Shown here: piece after piece, positions 10,787-22,062 of the stretch
How positions within the stretch are numbered: position 1 is the first letter of the stretch
Layout: every line of letters starts with the position of its first letter
Assembly: GCA_965214705.1 (NCBI GenBank)
Contig: CBDCCI010000002.1
Coordinates: forward strand, 2,400,001-2,464,000
Source: Alphaproteobacteria bacterium
GTDB lineage: Bacteria > Pseudomonadota > Alphaproteobacteria > UBA828
Direction: 5' to 3'
Length of the DNA stretch: 64,000 nt
Notes under the pieces: generated by a model
What the model saw: only the letters and a program-made list of their open reading frames with translations
What the model was told of the DNA's origin: nothing
Database searches by the model: none
Position numbers and translations under genes: made by a program

Positions 10787-10828
10787 CCGATGTAAACGAC
10801 TCAACCACCAACGAGGGAGAACGGAGAA

Positions 10829-11605
10829 ATGAAAAAACTCACATTCTTAGGCGTGTTCGCGGCACTCGCGCTCGCGGCCGGCACAGCGGCGGCCGATATG
10901 AAGAAGGTCACGCTCGGCACCGAAGGCGCCTACCCGCCCTTCAACTGGATCGACGAGAACGGCGACCTCCAGGGCTTCGACGTCGAGATCGGCAACGCGC
11001 TCTGCGCGGCGGCGAACCTGGAGTGCACCTGGGCGGTGCAGGACTGGGACGGCATCATCCCCGGCCTGCTGGCCAAGAAGTACGACGCCATCGTCGCCTC
11101 GATGTCGATCACCGAGGAGCGCAAGAAGAAGGTCGACTTCACCGGCAAGTACTACACCACGCCAGCCAAGTTCGTGCGCATGAAGGGCTCGGACATCGAG
11201 ATCACGAACGAAGGCCTGGACGGCCTGGCCGTCGGCGTGCAGCGGGCGACCATCCACGAGAACTTCCTGCGCGACAATTACGGCGACATCGTCACCATCA
11301 GGGCCTACGCCACCCAGGACGAGGCCAACCTCGACTTCGTCGCAGGCCGCGTCGATCTGTTGCTCGCGGATTCGATGGCCCTGCAGGGGGGCTTCCTCGA
11401 CACGCCCGACGGCGCGGACGCGGAATTCGTGGGGCCCGACTTCACCGATCCGCGCTGGTTCGGCGACGGCGCCGGGATCGCGGTGCGCAAGGGCGAGGGC
11501 GATCTTCTCGACGCGCTCAACGGCGCCATCACGGCCATCCGCGCCGACGGCACCTACAAGACGATCAACGACAAGTACTTCGATTTCGACGTCTACGGCG
11601 ACTGA
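10829..11605 (+). CDS. Polar amino-acid ABC periplasmic binding protein (ArgT/HisJ family)
   Basis: Signal peptide; GTEGAYPPFN, WDGIIPGL, SMSITEERKKKVDF. Confidence 0.9.
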   Translation: MKKLTFLGVFAALALAAGTAAADMKKVTLGTEGAYPPFNWIDENGDLQGFDVEIGNALCAAANLECTWAVQDWDGIIPGLLAKKYDAIVASMSITEERKKKVDFTGKYYTTPAKFVRMKGSDIEITNEGLDGLAVGVQRATIHENFLRDNYGDIVTIRAYATQDEANLDFVAGRVDLLLADSMALQGGFLDTPDGADAEFVGPDFTDPRWFGDGAGIAVRKGEGDLLDALNGAITAIRADGTYKTINDKYFDFDVYGD

Positions 11606-11620
11606 TCGCCACCGACGCAT

Positions 11621-11650
11621 GGGCGGGCGGCTGTTCCACGCCGCCCGCTC
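11621..11650 (+). other. Intercistronic stem-loop after the binding-protein gene
   Basis: GGGCGGGCGGC-TGTTCCAC-GCCGCCCGCTC with no U-tract. Confidence 0.5.
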
Positions 11651-12334
11651 CCGCCGACTGAAGTGAGCCTGACCGTATTGGACCCGCGACCGTTCGCGGC
11701 CGCGGCCCACTGCTCCGGCCGCCCCCCCACCGTCATGCCCGGACTTGTTCCATTGCTGTCCGGTTTAGATTTTGGCGAAGGGGATTTGGAGCTGGTCATG
11801 GGCTTGCGGTGTGTCAGGCGGTGGTTCGAAGAGGTCGGTGAGGGCCCGGCGTTGGAAGGTCGTCTTGGCGACGAGGCGGGCGATGGCCTGGAGGCCGAGC
11901 CCGGTTCCGGTTCCGATCTGCGCCAGCCGCAGCAGCAGGTAGGCGATCAGCGCGGTGACGATCTGGATGCGCACGGCATTTTCGCTGGTGCCGAGGAAGT
12001 GTCTGATCTTGAGGTTCTGCTTGATCCACTTGAAGAACAGCTCGACCTGCCAGCGCTGCTTGTAGAGCGCCGCGATCTCTTCGGCCGGGGCATTGAGGTC
12101 GTTGCTGACCAGCGTGATCTCCCTGCCGCTGTCGATGCGCACGTCGACCAGACGCACCGGCTTGTCGAAGGGGTTCTTGCGGCTCGCCGCCAGGTGCTTC
12201 GACAGCAAGGCGACGCGGTCGGCCACGACCGGGCCGTCCGGCTTGACCGGGCGGGTCTCGATCAGGCTTGTGGGCGAGTTCTTCTTCAGGCGGGTGACGA
12301 AGCGGCTCCCCTTGGCGTCGATGTCTGCCCAGAA

Positions 12335-13503
12335 GGATTCCTCTGCGAAATCGGCTCAGCGGGATGTTTTGGGAAGGTTTTGGCATTGGGCGGTGTTGAT
12401 GGAGGCGCGTGTGCCGCCGTCGTTGGACGATCTTGTGTCTGAAACGGCGGTTTGCGGGCGCACTGGTCGGTCAGCAGCCCGCAATCAGGCTGGCGCGGCG
12501 CAGGTTGTAGGCGGTGGCAGCGGCGTAGAGGCGGGCGGTGTTCCTCTCGAACACGCAACTCCTGGCTCGCCTCAGCCCGTAGAGGCGCTTCAGCGCCGAA
12601 AAGACCGCTTCCACCGGCGCCCGGCGCCTCGCAATGAGATCGTTGCGGCGCTGCTGCCAGGGCGGCAGCGAGGCCATGTGTTTGTTGCGCCGGTGCATGA
12701 TGCGGTCCTTGATGCCGGCAGCCCTGAGCCTCGCCCGTCTCGGCTTGCTTTCGTAGGCGCGATCGCCATAGACCGCCCCCTCGTCGCCGCAGATCAGCCG
12801 ATCGGCCACCTCGCTCTCGTAAGTCTTGGCCGAGCTCAGCGCCACGCGCCGGATCAGCCCGGAGCCTTGGTCGACCCCCAGATGCGCCTTGTAGCCGAAG
12901 AAGCCGCGGCCCTTCTTCCGCGTCCAGCCCGCGCCCGGCTCCCGTGGGTGCCCAGCACCTGCGCCCGCCTTGTAGGGCGGAGGCCGCGAGGCCGAGGCCA
13001 CCAGCGTCGCGTCCATCAGCGTGCCCTTACGCAGGATCAGGCCGGCGGCGTCCAGCTGGCGGTTGATCTCCTCGAACGCCGCCTCCAGAACCGCGCCCGC
13101 GTCCGCGCGAAAGCGGCAGATCGTGGTCTCGTCCGGCGTGCCCCCATCCAGCGCAAAGCCGCAGAAACGCCGGAACGACAGACGATCCAGCAGCGTCTCC
13201 TCCAGGCCGGGGTCCGAAAGGTCGTAAAGCGCCTGAAGATAGAGCGCCTTCAGCATCGCCAAAGGCGCATACGGCGGACGACCCCGCCGCCCCTCGCGCA
13301 CGCGCGCGGCCAGACGCTCGAGAGGAGCCCAGTCGATCAAGGCGTCCAGACGCTCCAGCTTCCGGTTCGACCCCAGCCCCGGAGACATGAATGCTTCTGC
13401 AAATCCCAGCTGACCCGTGCCGCTCATCGACTCGACCTCCCCATCGCTGCAGCAACGAATCACATGCCAACCAATCCGCAAACCCACTTTCGCAGAGGAA
13501 TCC
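12335..13503 (-). mobile_element. IS5-family element nested in the IS4 transposase
   Basis: Perfect 16-bp IR GGATTCCTCTGCGAAA / TTTCGCAGAGGAATCC; AGAA duplicated at 12331-12334 and 13504-13507. Confidence 0.9.
12471..13427 (-). CDS. IS5-family transposase
   Basis: GRPPY, PDETTICRFR, MDAT, FGYKAH, YGDRAY, RAPVEAVF. Confidence 0.9.
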   Translation of the reverse strand: MSGTGQLGFAEAFMSPGLGSNRKLERLDALIDWAPLERLAARVREGRRGRPPYAPLAMLKALYLQALYDLSDPGLEETLLDRLSFRRFCGFALDGGTPDETTICRFRADAGAVLEAAFEEINRQLDAAGLILRKGTLMDATLVASASRPPPYKAGAGAGHPREPGAGWTRKKGRGFFGYKAHLGVDQGSGLIRRVALSSAKTYESEVADRLICGDEGAVYGDRAYESKPRRARLRAAGIKDRIMHRRNKHMASLPPWQQRRNDLIARRRAPVEAVFSALKRLYGLRRARSCVFERNTARLYAAATAYNLRRASLIAGC

Positions 13504-14326
13504 AGAAGGTGAAGTCGTAATAGCCTCTGTCGAAGACGTAAGTCGCGCCGGGCTCGATGGGGAGGCGCTTGGCCGGCGTGATGTCGTTGACCCTGGCCGA
13601 GGTCACGGCAAAGCAGACAGGCGCATCTGCGTCCGGGTCGTAGACCACGTGCAGCTTGACGGCACCGTCGGCCTCCCAGCTCTCGATCCGCTTGCCAACC
13701 AGGACCCGGGTCGCATCGACGAGGCGCAGCATCTCCCGCCCGCGCTGGCCCGCAGATGCGCCCAGCCGGGCGACCAGGGCTTCCAGCACGTCCTCGAACA
13801 GGGCCGCCGGACGTACCCGGTTGGCATCCGCGAGCGTAGACCGCCGCACCGGCGCCAGACCCAGATGGGCGTGGACGCCCGGAAAGCGTTCCAGCGCACC
13901 GACCGCCTCGCGCAAGGAGCGCGAGCCCGACAGCTGGGCGAACACCATCGCCTGGAACTGGCTCCACGACGAAAGGCGCCGGACCCGGTAGTCCGCTCCG
14001 TGGCGCTCTGCCAGCTTGTCGAAGCGCCAGCGCGGAAACGCCTTCATCAGTTCGCCGAAAACCGTATCCTGGTAGGGCATGGCTTGGGCTCCATTGCGAG
14101 CTTCGATTCAACAGGTCTTGCAAAAACCAAGTTGAATCCAAGCCATGCACCTTGTCTACCCAAGCTAAACCGGACAGCAGTGGACTTGTTCCGGGCATCT
14201 CCATCAGCCGTGCACGACGGAGAGACGTGGATGGCCGGAACGAGTCCGGCCATGACGAGAAGAGGACACTGCGCCGAGCCATGCGTACCCCCGAAACCGG
14301 GCGCTAACGGATAAAGGGTCGGGCCG

Positions 14327-15016
14327 ATGCTCGATCTCAGGGGCTACGGCTGGATGCTGTGGCAGGGCCTCGAGCTCACCATCCTGGTCGGGCTCGGGGC
14401 CATGGCGGTGGCCTTGGCGCTTGGCCTCATCGGCGCCTGGGGCAAGCTCTCGCGCGCATGGGCCGGCCGCTGGGCCGCAGGCACCTACACCACTGTCATC
14501 CGCGGGGTGCCTGAGCTGCTGCTCATCCTGCTCGTCTATTACGGCGTGCCCACGCTGATCCAGGACATCGCCGAAGGCGCGGGCTACGAGATCATCGTCG
14601 ACCTCAACCCCTTCGTCGCCGGTGTCGTCACCATCGGCTTCATTTACGGCGCTTTCGCCACCGAGGTCTTCCGCGGCGCCTTCCTCGCCGTGCCGCGCGG
14701 CCAGATCGAGGCGGCGCGCGCCATCGGCATGAGCCGCGCGCTGACCTTCCGCCGCATCGTGCTGCCGCAGATGTGGCGCTTCGCGCTGCCCGGCCTCGGC
14801 AACGTGTGGATGGTGCTGATCAAGGCCACGGCGCTGATCTCGGTGATCCAGCTCCCGGAGCTCATGCGCAACGCCCAGATCGCCATGGGCGCGACCAAGC
14901 TGCCGTTCACCTTCTTCTTCGTGGCCTCGCTCTTCTACCTCGGCATCACCATCGTCTCGATGGTGGTGCAGCGGCGCGCCGAGGCGTGGGCCAACCGCGG
15001 CGTACGCCGGGCCTGA
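14327..15016 (+). CDS. Polar amino-acid ABC permease (HisQ-like)
   Basis: YTTVIRGVPELL; EAA motif GQIEAARAIGMS; ALPGLGNVW. Confidence 0.88.
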   Translation: MLDLRGYGWMLWQGLELTILVGLGAMAVALALGLIGAWGKLSRAWAGRWAAGTYTTVIRGVPELLLILLVYYGVPTLIQDIAEGAGYEIIVDLNPFVAGVVTIGFIYGAFATEVFRGAFLAVPRGQIEAARAIGMSRALTFRRIVLPQMWRFALPGLGNVWMVLIKATALISVIQLPELMRNAQIAMGATKLPFTFFFVASLFYLGITIVSMVVQRRAEAWANRGVRRA

Positions 15017-15027
15017 GGCGATCGGCG

Positions 15028-15741
15028 ATGGACCTCGCGATCATATGGGAGAGCCTGCCCCGCCTGCTGGACGGCGCGGCGCTTACGGTCGAGATCACCG
15101 TCATCAGCCTGGCGATCGGCCTGGCGCTGGCGGTGCCGCTCGCGATCATGCGGCTTTCGTCCAACCCGCTGCTGTGGATGCCGGTCTACGGCTACATCTT
15201 CTATTTCCGCGGGACCCCGCTGCTGGTGCAGCTCTTCCTGGTCTATTACGGCTCCGGCCAGTTCCGGCCCTTCCTCGACTCGATCGGGCTCTGGGTGCTG
15301 TTCCGCGAGGCCTATTTCTGCGCCGTGCTGACGCTCACCCTCAACACCGCCGCCTACACCGCCGAGATTCTGCGGGGTGCGATCCAGGGCGTGCCGCGCG
15401 GCGATATCGAGGCGGCGCGGGCGCTCGGGTATTCGGGCACGCTGCTCTACCGGCGCATCGTGCTGCCGAAGGCCTTCCGCCTCGCGCTGCCGGCCTACAC
15501 CAACGAGGTCGTATTCCTGCTCCAGGCGACCTCGCTGGTCTCGATCATCACGCTGCTGGATCTCACGGGCGTCGCCCGCATCATCGTCGCCCGCAGCTTC
15601 GAGCCCTACAAGCTCTACATCACGGCCGGCCTGATGTACCTGGTGATGAGCTACTTCTTCATCCTGCTCTCGCGCTTCATCGAGCACCGACTCTCCGGTC
15701 ACATGCGCGAGCGCCCGGCCAGTGGTAGCGCCATACGCTGA
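15028..15741 (+). CDS. Polar amino-acid ABC permease (HisM-like)
   Basis: FRGTPLLVQ, LNTAAYTAEILRG, ALPAYTNE. Confidence 0.88.
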   Translation: MDLAIIWESLPRLLDGAALTVEITVISLAIGLALAVPLAIMRLSSNPLLWMPVYGYIFYFRGTPLLVQLFLVYYGSGQFRPFLDSIGLWVLFREAYFCAVLTLTLNTAAYTAEILRGAIQGVPRGDIEAARALGYSGTLLYRRIVLPKAFRLALPAYTNEVVFLLQATSLVSIITLLDLTGVARIIVARSFEPYKLYITAGLMYLVMSYFFILLSRFIEHRLSGHMRERPASGSAIR

Positions 15742-15774
15742 CGAAATTCCTCAAAGATGCCTACCTCCCCCTGT

Positions 15775-17138
15775 CCCCATAAGCGCTAACTTGTTTGTCA
15801 TGTCGGCACTCCGTATTGTGGGTTGGTGCGCGCTGCGGGGAGGCTTGGCGGATGGACGAGGAGTGGGAAGTGGTGTCGTTGTTTCTGCCCGAGGGCTGGC
15901 GGGAGTTGGCACGGGAGACCGGGGCCTTGAAGGGTCTGCGCAAGGACAAGTCGGTCGATGCCCTGCTGCGCACGCTGTTGCTGCATCTGGCCTGCGGACA
16001 CTCGCTGCGCGAGACCGTGGTGCGTGCCCGGAAGGCGAACCTGGCCGATCTGTCCGACGTGGCCTTGTTGAAGCGGCTGAGGAAGTCGGGGGATTGGCTT
16101 CACGCGTTGTGCGTCGCGCTGTTTCGCGAACGGGGGATGGCGATGTCGGCCGCTGGCGGGTTCCAGGTCAGGGCCTTCGACGCGACGACGGTGAAGGAGC
16201 CGGGCCGGACCGGGGCGCTGTGGCGCCTGCACTACAGCGTGCGCCTTCCGTCGCTGGCGTGCGACTTCTTCAAGCTCACGGCGAGCGAGGGACGGGGCAC
16301 GGGCGAGGCGTTCTCGCAGTTCCCGGTCGGCGAGGGCGACTTTGTGCTCGCCGACCGGGCGTACTCGACTGCTGCGGGCCTCCACCACGTGGTGTCTGCG
16401 GGGGGTCACGTCACCGTGCGCGTGAACACCGGGTCGCTGTCGCTTCGAACGCGCGACGGCGCGCCGTTCGACCTGCTTGCACACGTCACGACGCTGAAGC
16501 GGGTCGGCAGCGTGCGATCCTGGCCCGTGCTGGCGGTCGGCGACGGCATCGCGGTGCCGGGGCGCGTGTGCGCGATCAGAAAGACGCAGGAAGCCATCAG
16601 GCTGGCGCAGCGCAAGCTGCGCAAGGAGGCCGGGCGCAAGGGCAAGCAGGTTCGGCCGCGAACCCTGGAGTTCGCGCGCTACGTCATCGTGTTCACGACC
16701 TTTCCCGAAGCGGCCTTCAGCGCGGCGCAGGTCCTGGAGTGGGATCGCACCCGCTGGCAGGTCGAACTGGTCTTCAAGCGCTTCAAGTCTCTGGCGCAGT
16801 TGGGGCATCTGCCCAAATACGACGACGAGAGCGCCAAGGCGTGGCTCTACGGCAAACTCCTGGTGGCGCTGCTGGTGGAAAAGCTGATCCGTCATGCCGG
16901 CACGGTTTCCCCCTGGGGATACAGCCTGGAGGCGCTGCCGGCCGCACAGCGCCTGGCGTGACTTCAGGTTCATGCTCAACCAGGGCGTGCGAGCCATCGA
17001 ACCCCATTTGTCCCTCGCCGAGGTGATCGACCAATGGAACCAGATCTCCAAATCCCTCTCCGAACCGTCCCGACGGCGCCTGACCCAAACCGCGGAACGC
17101 TTCATCGAAGAACCGCAAACAAGTTAGCGAATGTGGGG
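15775..17138 (+). mobile_element. IS4-family element with transposase at ~15852..16961
   Basis: IRs CCCCATAAGCGCTAACTTGTTTG / CAAACAAGTTAGCGAATGTGGGG; DDE motifs FDAT, ADRAY, RWQVELVFKRFK. Confidence 0.8.
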
Positions 17139-17234
17139 AGGTGGGGCCCCTCCTCGCCAAAGACTTCTGGCCGTTCTACCTGCTGGCCAGAGCGCTGGGG
17201 CCGGTAGGATTGTCGGTCTGGCAGTTCGGGAAAG

Positions 17235-17566
17235 CGAAGCTTGAGGTTGTCGTACCAGAGCTCGCCCGGCACGCCTTGCCACGCCTCGAAGGCCGCGACG
17301 TGGCCGCGCAGGAAGCTGCTCATGCCGGCGTCGAGCTAGAAGCGCAGGAAGAGCCGCTGCGAGTAGTTCAGCACCATCACGAAGGCCATCAAGCGGCGCA
17401 CCGCGCGACCGATCCTCACCGTGCAGAAGTGGGCCCAGTCGACCTGGGCCTGCTCGCCGGGAAGGGTCTTGAGGCGTAGATAGGCCTCGGCCGCTCGCGG
17501 GCGACGAGGCGGCGGAAGTGGCTCTGACTCCCTCGATAGTCGGCGGCGGTGATCAGCTTTCGGAGC
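17235..17566 (-). pseudogene. IS21 IstA transposase internal fragment
   Basis: Fragmented reading [47 protein letters not shown] with a stop and frameshifts. Confidence 0.75.
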
Positions 17567-17567
17567 C

Positions 17568-17990
17568 TAGAGCACAATCCTATCTGACTGAATCGAAAGG
17601 GATTCCCAAGGCGTCTGGTTTGTGCTTCACACTGTCTGCCGGGAGGGAGGCCGGCAGACATGTCGAAAGCGCTTTCCCTTGATCTTCGGGTTCGGGTCCC
17701 TGAGGCGGTGGCCGAGGGCGTGAGCCACCGCGCCGTTGCGGCGCGCTTTGGTGTGAGTGCGGCGAGTGTCAGCCGTTGGTGCAGGCGGGCACGTGTTGAG
17801 GGCGAGTCTCGCCCGAGAGCACTGGGCGGAGACCGTCGCTCCGCTCGCATCGAAGCGCATCGTGCGCTGATCCTCGACGTGCTGGCTGAGACCCCCGACG
17901 TCACCATCGAGGAGTTGCGCCGCCTGCTCGCCGGGCGCGGGCTCGACTTCGGCTATGGCACGATCCAGCGCTTCCTCGTCCGCCAGGATA
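17568..17990 (+). mobile_element. Truncated IS630-family element (left end plus N-terminal HTH ORF from 17660)
   Basis: TAGAGC-type end; MSKALSLDLRVRV..ARFGVSAASVSRW..GGDRRS..PDVTIEEL. Confidence 0.75.
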
Positions 17991-18450
17991 TGGCCTGCAG
18001 CGCGACAGTGGCGGAAAGTATCGACATACAGGGTGCCGGAACCGGCGATACGGCACCGAAACCGCGCGTGGTCGTGGTGGACTACGGGGTCAAGGGAAAC
18101 ATCGTCGACAACCTCGTTCGCAGGGATATCGACGTCACCGTCGTGCCGGCAGAAGCCTCCTCGAGGGACATTCTGGCGCACGATCCCGACGGTATTCTGC
18201 TGTCCAACGGTCCCGGCGATCCGATGGCCGTGGCGCCGTACACCGTTCCCATGATCGAGACCCTGCTCGAGCGGAAGCTGCCGTTCTTCGGCATCTGCCT
18301 GGGGCATCAACTCCTGTCCCTGGCGCTTGGCGGAAAGGTGACCAAGATGCCTTTCAGCCATCATGGCGCCAATCATCCGGTTCTGGAGAAGGCCAGCGGC
18401 CGTGTGGTGATCACCAGCCAGAATCACGGTTTCGTCGTCGACCGCGACAC
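17990..18450 (+). pseudogene. carA: Internal fragment of carbamoyl-phosphate synthase small subunit (class I GATase domain)
   Basis: VVVVDYGVKGNI, DGILLSNGPGDP, FGICLGHQLL, HHGANHPV, ITSQNHGFVVD; lacks the N-terminal domain and the C-terminal HPE. Confidence 0.8.
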
Positions 18451-21318
18451 CTTCCCTCGCATCGCGCCACGCGCCGTCCGAGACGTAGTCGAGCGCCGCC
18501 TCCTTGGGCTCGGAGCGCGACCAGCGCTCGCCAAGGTAAGCCCTGATGTCACTGTCCAGGACCGGGCGCTCCACCTCGTCCTCGGGCCGTCTTCCCGCGA
18601 TGTCGAAGGCGAGCTGCGACCAGTTGACATAGACGTCGATTCCCTCGCGATGCCGAGTCGCGGCGGGATAGATCGTCTCTCGCGCCGGACGGTCGTCCAC
18701 CAGCAGGAAGGCGCGGTCTACGGTCAGCCCCTGGGCCGAGGCGATGGTCATCGCATAGCCGTAGTCGAGCCGGACGTTGTCGTGCCAGTCGCGGATCTCG
18801 TCGTGGCGGAACGCGACACGCCTGCCGTCGTCCGTGCGCGCCGTGATGTGGACGGAAGGCTCAGCCTTCGACTCGTTCCCCGAACTCTCGGACGCGCTCG
18901 TCTTGCCGTCCCTGCGTCCGCCGGCTAGCCGGTTCCGGGCCTTGCGTGACACTGCGGTGTCGTCGCCACGCCGGACTTCGAGGTCTTCCACCGTGACGAC
19001 GGTGCCGTTGAAGAGCTGCTTCTCCCACTGCGTGGAGCCGATGCGGATGCGATCGCCCACGGCGATCTCCAGCGGCTCCGTCACGCGCCCGTCAAGGCCC
19101 CGGCTCACCTCGATCACGGCACGCTTCGCATCGGGCGTCTGCGCAAGCACCCGCAGCCGCATGAGCCAAGACAGCGCCCGCGCCTCGGCCCGCGTGCGAG
19201 CCAGCACCACCGTCGAGGCATCGGGCTCCGCACGCACATGCCGTTCCCAGTCCTCGACGAGCTTGGTCAGGGTCTTCTCTTCGTCGTGGCAGAGATGGAA
19301 GCGGTTGCGCAGATGCCACGCCTCGATCGCCTGCTCTGCCTCTCCGTCCCTGAGCGCCTCCGACACCGCCACCTGCCACGGCGTGAACAGGGGTTTCTTC
19401 TCCATCGCCTCGTAGTCGGCGAGAATCGCGTCGCGCTCCTGGGGATTGGTCAGCCCTGCCCGGAAGCGCGCCTGTTCCGGCGTCTCCTTGTGGACGTGGA
19501 CGAGAACGTCCTCGAGGTCCGCCTTCTGGCGCCTGATGCGGTCGACGCGGACGCTACCGGCGATGTCCCGGATCAGCCTGAGTCCCGGCCCTGCCTCCAC
19601 CGGCTGCTGTTGCCGCGTGTCGCCAGCGAACACCACCTTCGCCTCGTGGCGCTCCGAGAGCTGCAGGATATGATGCGCCTGTCGCGTGGACAGCATCCCC
19701 GCCTCGTCCACCACGATCAGCGTGCGCTTGCCGATCTCCACCTGGTCCTTCGCCGCGAGCTTCAGCAGCTTGTCCACGCAATAGGCACGCGCATCGCAGT
19801 CGTCGCCGAGGGCCACGGCGGTGCGCCAGGCCACGGCGGTCGGCACGATCTCGTAGCCGTGCTCCTTGTGAAGGTCGGTGATGGGCCTGAGCGTCGTGGT
19901 CTTGCCCGAGCCCGCAGCGCCCTCGATTACTGCCACCCGTCCGCCCTTCACCGTGGCATGGTGGATCGTCAGCGACTGCTCTTGGCTCAGCGGATATCCC
20001 TGCTCCAGCAGGGTCTCCAACCTCTCCTTCACCGCCCCTTCCGGCAGGCCGTGGCCGGTATCTTCGGCCATGGCCTCGGCCATGTCGCGCACCGCCTGCT
20101 CGAGGCCGAGATTGTGGCGCGTGGAATAGACCTCCGTGTGGGCCATGCCGGCGCGGGACTCGGCCGTCGGCTTCTTGGGCTCCAGCCGCTCGATCTCCGG
20201 ATTACGGCGCAGCCGCTCGATGGCCGTCCCCACCGCCTCCCGGCCCATCAGACCGGCCGCCGCGTTCGCCGCCGCCTCCACCATGTCCGGGCGCCGGAAC
20301 ACCGCCTCCTCGCGAGCGAGATGGGCGGGGAGATCGTCGAGCCGGTCGGTCAGCTCCCGGATTTCTTCACGGTCGATCCTCACCTCATGGCCGGTCACCG
20401 AGGCGATCAGCGCCTCGCGCTCGCAGAAACCCTCGGCCTCGCCGCGCCAGCGGCGGTGCCTCACCTCCGGGTCATTGTCGTGCGACTTCCCCTCGCGCGT
20501 GAGCTTGTTCACCCCCGCCATGCGGGCAGCATTGCCCAATGACGGGATGCCCAGCTCCCCCGCCCTGGCGACGATCGCCTTCCTGCGCTTCGACCAGAAG
20601 GATTGCAGGTCCTCCGGCATGCCCACGATGCGCGTGAACTCCACGTTGGGACCGTACTGCTGCATCCTGACGCCCAGGTTCTGTTGCAGCTCCCACGCCA
20701 CATAGGCCCGGAACAGGGCGCCCGCCGCCTTCTTCCAGTTGTAGACCGGGTACTGGTGATGCGCCCGCCACTTGCCGTCCTCGCGGGTCCTCGCGAGATT
20801 GAAGATCGTGCAGTGGACGTGAAGCTGCGGGTCGTTCTCCCTGCTGGTACCGTGGACGAAGGTCGCGCCCATCAAGTCCGCCTCCAACGGCCGGGTCACC
20901 CCCTTCTCGCTCACGCGGGTGTAGCTGCAATGCTTCAGCACCGAGTCGTCGAGTGCCGCCCTGGCGGCGGCCACGGCCATTGTCTCGATCCGTTCGCGCA
21001 TCTCCGGCTCTGCGATGGCCCACAGTGCCGACACGCTCTTGTCCACCGAGAACGTCATGTCGATGCCGGGGGAGCGGTCCGGGTTGCCGGCGCGCTGCAC
21101 CAGCTTGCCGGATCCATCAGGAGCGAAGCCCGAGTAGAGGCGATGGAAGTGGCCGCTGTCGACCTTTGCCCCATCCTCCAGACCGAACAGGCCCTTCGGG
21201 TTGAACCAGGTGCCGTCCGGCTCCTCGGCCGCCGTGTAGTACTCGTTGGGGTGCCGGAACGAGCGTTGCTCTCCAGGTAGTATTCGGCAGACGCCATCTG
21301 ACCGATGGTCGCTACCAT
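18450..21318 (-). pseudogene. MOBF (TrwC/TraA-like) conjugative relaxase-helicase; 5' frameshift near 21268 and truncated C-terminus
   Basis: N-terminal AEYY/NEYY tyrosines, DMTFSVDKSVS, HUH motif HGTSRENDPQLHVH, helicase motifs GAAGSGKTT, VVDEAGM, YAMTIASAQGLTVD. Confidence 0.85.
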
Positions 21319-22062
21319 GGCGGCAGGTTCCCGAACCGTTGGGCGAACGCGTTCATGACCGCCGGGGCCTGACCAGCAATACCCGACGCCGGCAGCCTTT
21401 CATGGCCAGCTGCGACTGCGTGAAGGGGCACGCCAAGTCCTTGTACAGGTGTTATATCGTTCGGCCTCCATGGCCAGTCAGGCGGCTCCGTTTCGCTCCC
21501 GCAAGCGTCAGCTTGCACAGGTGTGGCGGGTTACTTTCTCTCTCGCGTGCTTCACTCACCACGAGATACATCATGTAGCGAGTCGCTCGGCGGGAATAAC
21601 AAGAGATAGTATCGGTCCGGGCGCTTCACCTGAACGGTGCACCTTCCTGGATGGCAAGGTGGGGCGGCATGGCGCTTATTCGTAGCTGCTTGAGAGTGTC
21701 GAGATAATCGGGGCGCGGGGAGAGAGTGGCGAAGCGCTCCGATTCAGCGGGGATGAGCGACAAGGCGATGGCGGCCGCCTTGGCGAATCCGGTGCGAACC
21801 ACCATGAGCGCCATCGATGCGCAGACCGGGTGCGAGAGCGCAGGCTCGAGCGATCATTCGAGGGCGTAGCGCTGACAATTGGCGTCTGGCGGTGCAGTGG
21901 CGAAGTGACACGGAAGGGCGTTGGCCACAGGCAGGGAGGGCGGAGCGCGGGCGATGGCGGAGCGCAGCAACGCTTGACGTATCGCGACACGATACGGGAA
22001 GGATGATGCTGGCGCATAGCGCCGAGCGCGGGATGGCGATGCCGTCCGCCCCGCCGTCCGAC

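Larger units (their letters stand above)
11751..14182 (-). mobile_element. IS4-family element; transposase split into 13504..14080 and 11765..12334 by an IS5 insertion
   Basis: IRs CATTGCTGTCCGGTTTAG / CTAAACCGGACAGCAGTG; 9-bp TSD GACTTGTTC; motifs FDRGYYDF and YKQRWQVELFFKWIKQ (YREK). Confidence 0.9.
11731..14257. repeat. REP-like palindromic repeat split by the IS4 insertion (halves 11731-11750 and 14183-14257)
   Basis: Rejoined sequence CGTCATGCCCGGACTTGTTCCGGGCATC...GACGTGGATGGCCGGAACGAGTCCGGCCATGACG is a double hairpin resembling alphaproteobacterial REP repeats. Confidence 0.7.

Noticed and set aside
12471-14282. 603-aa ORF as a long transposase
   Set aside because: Only 12471..13427 is the IS5 transposase; the upstream part is an off-frame reading of the IS4 and REP sequence.
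17627-21100. 1157-aa ORF as a single novel relaxase fusion
   Set aside because: The part below ~18450 is just the antisense of the carA and IS630 fragments. The true relaxase start is at 21318, behind a frameshift.
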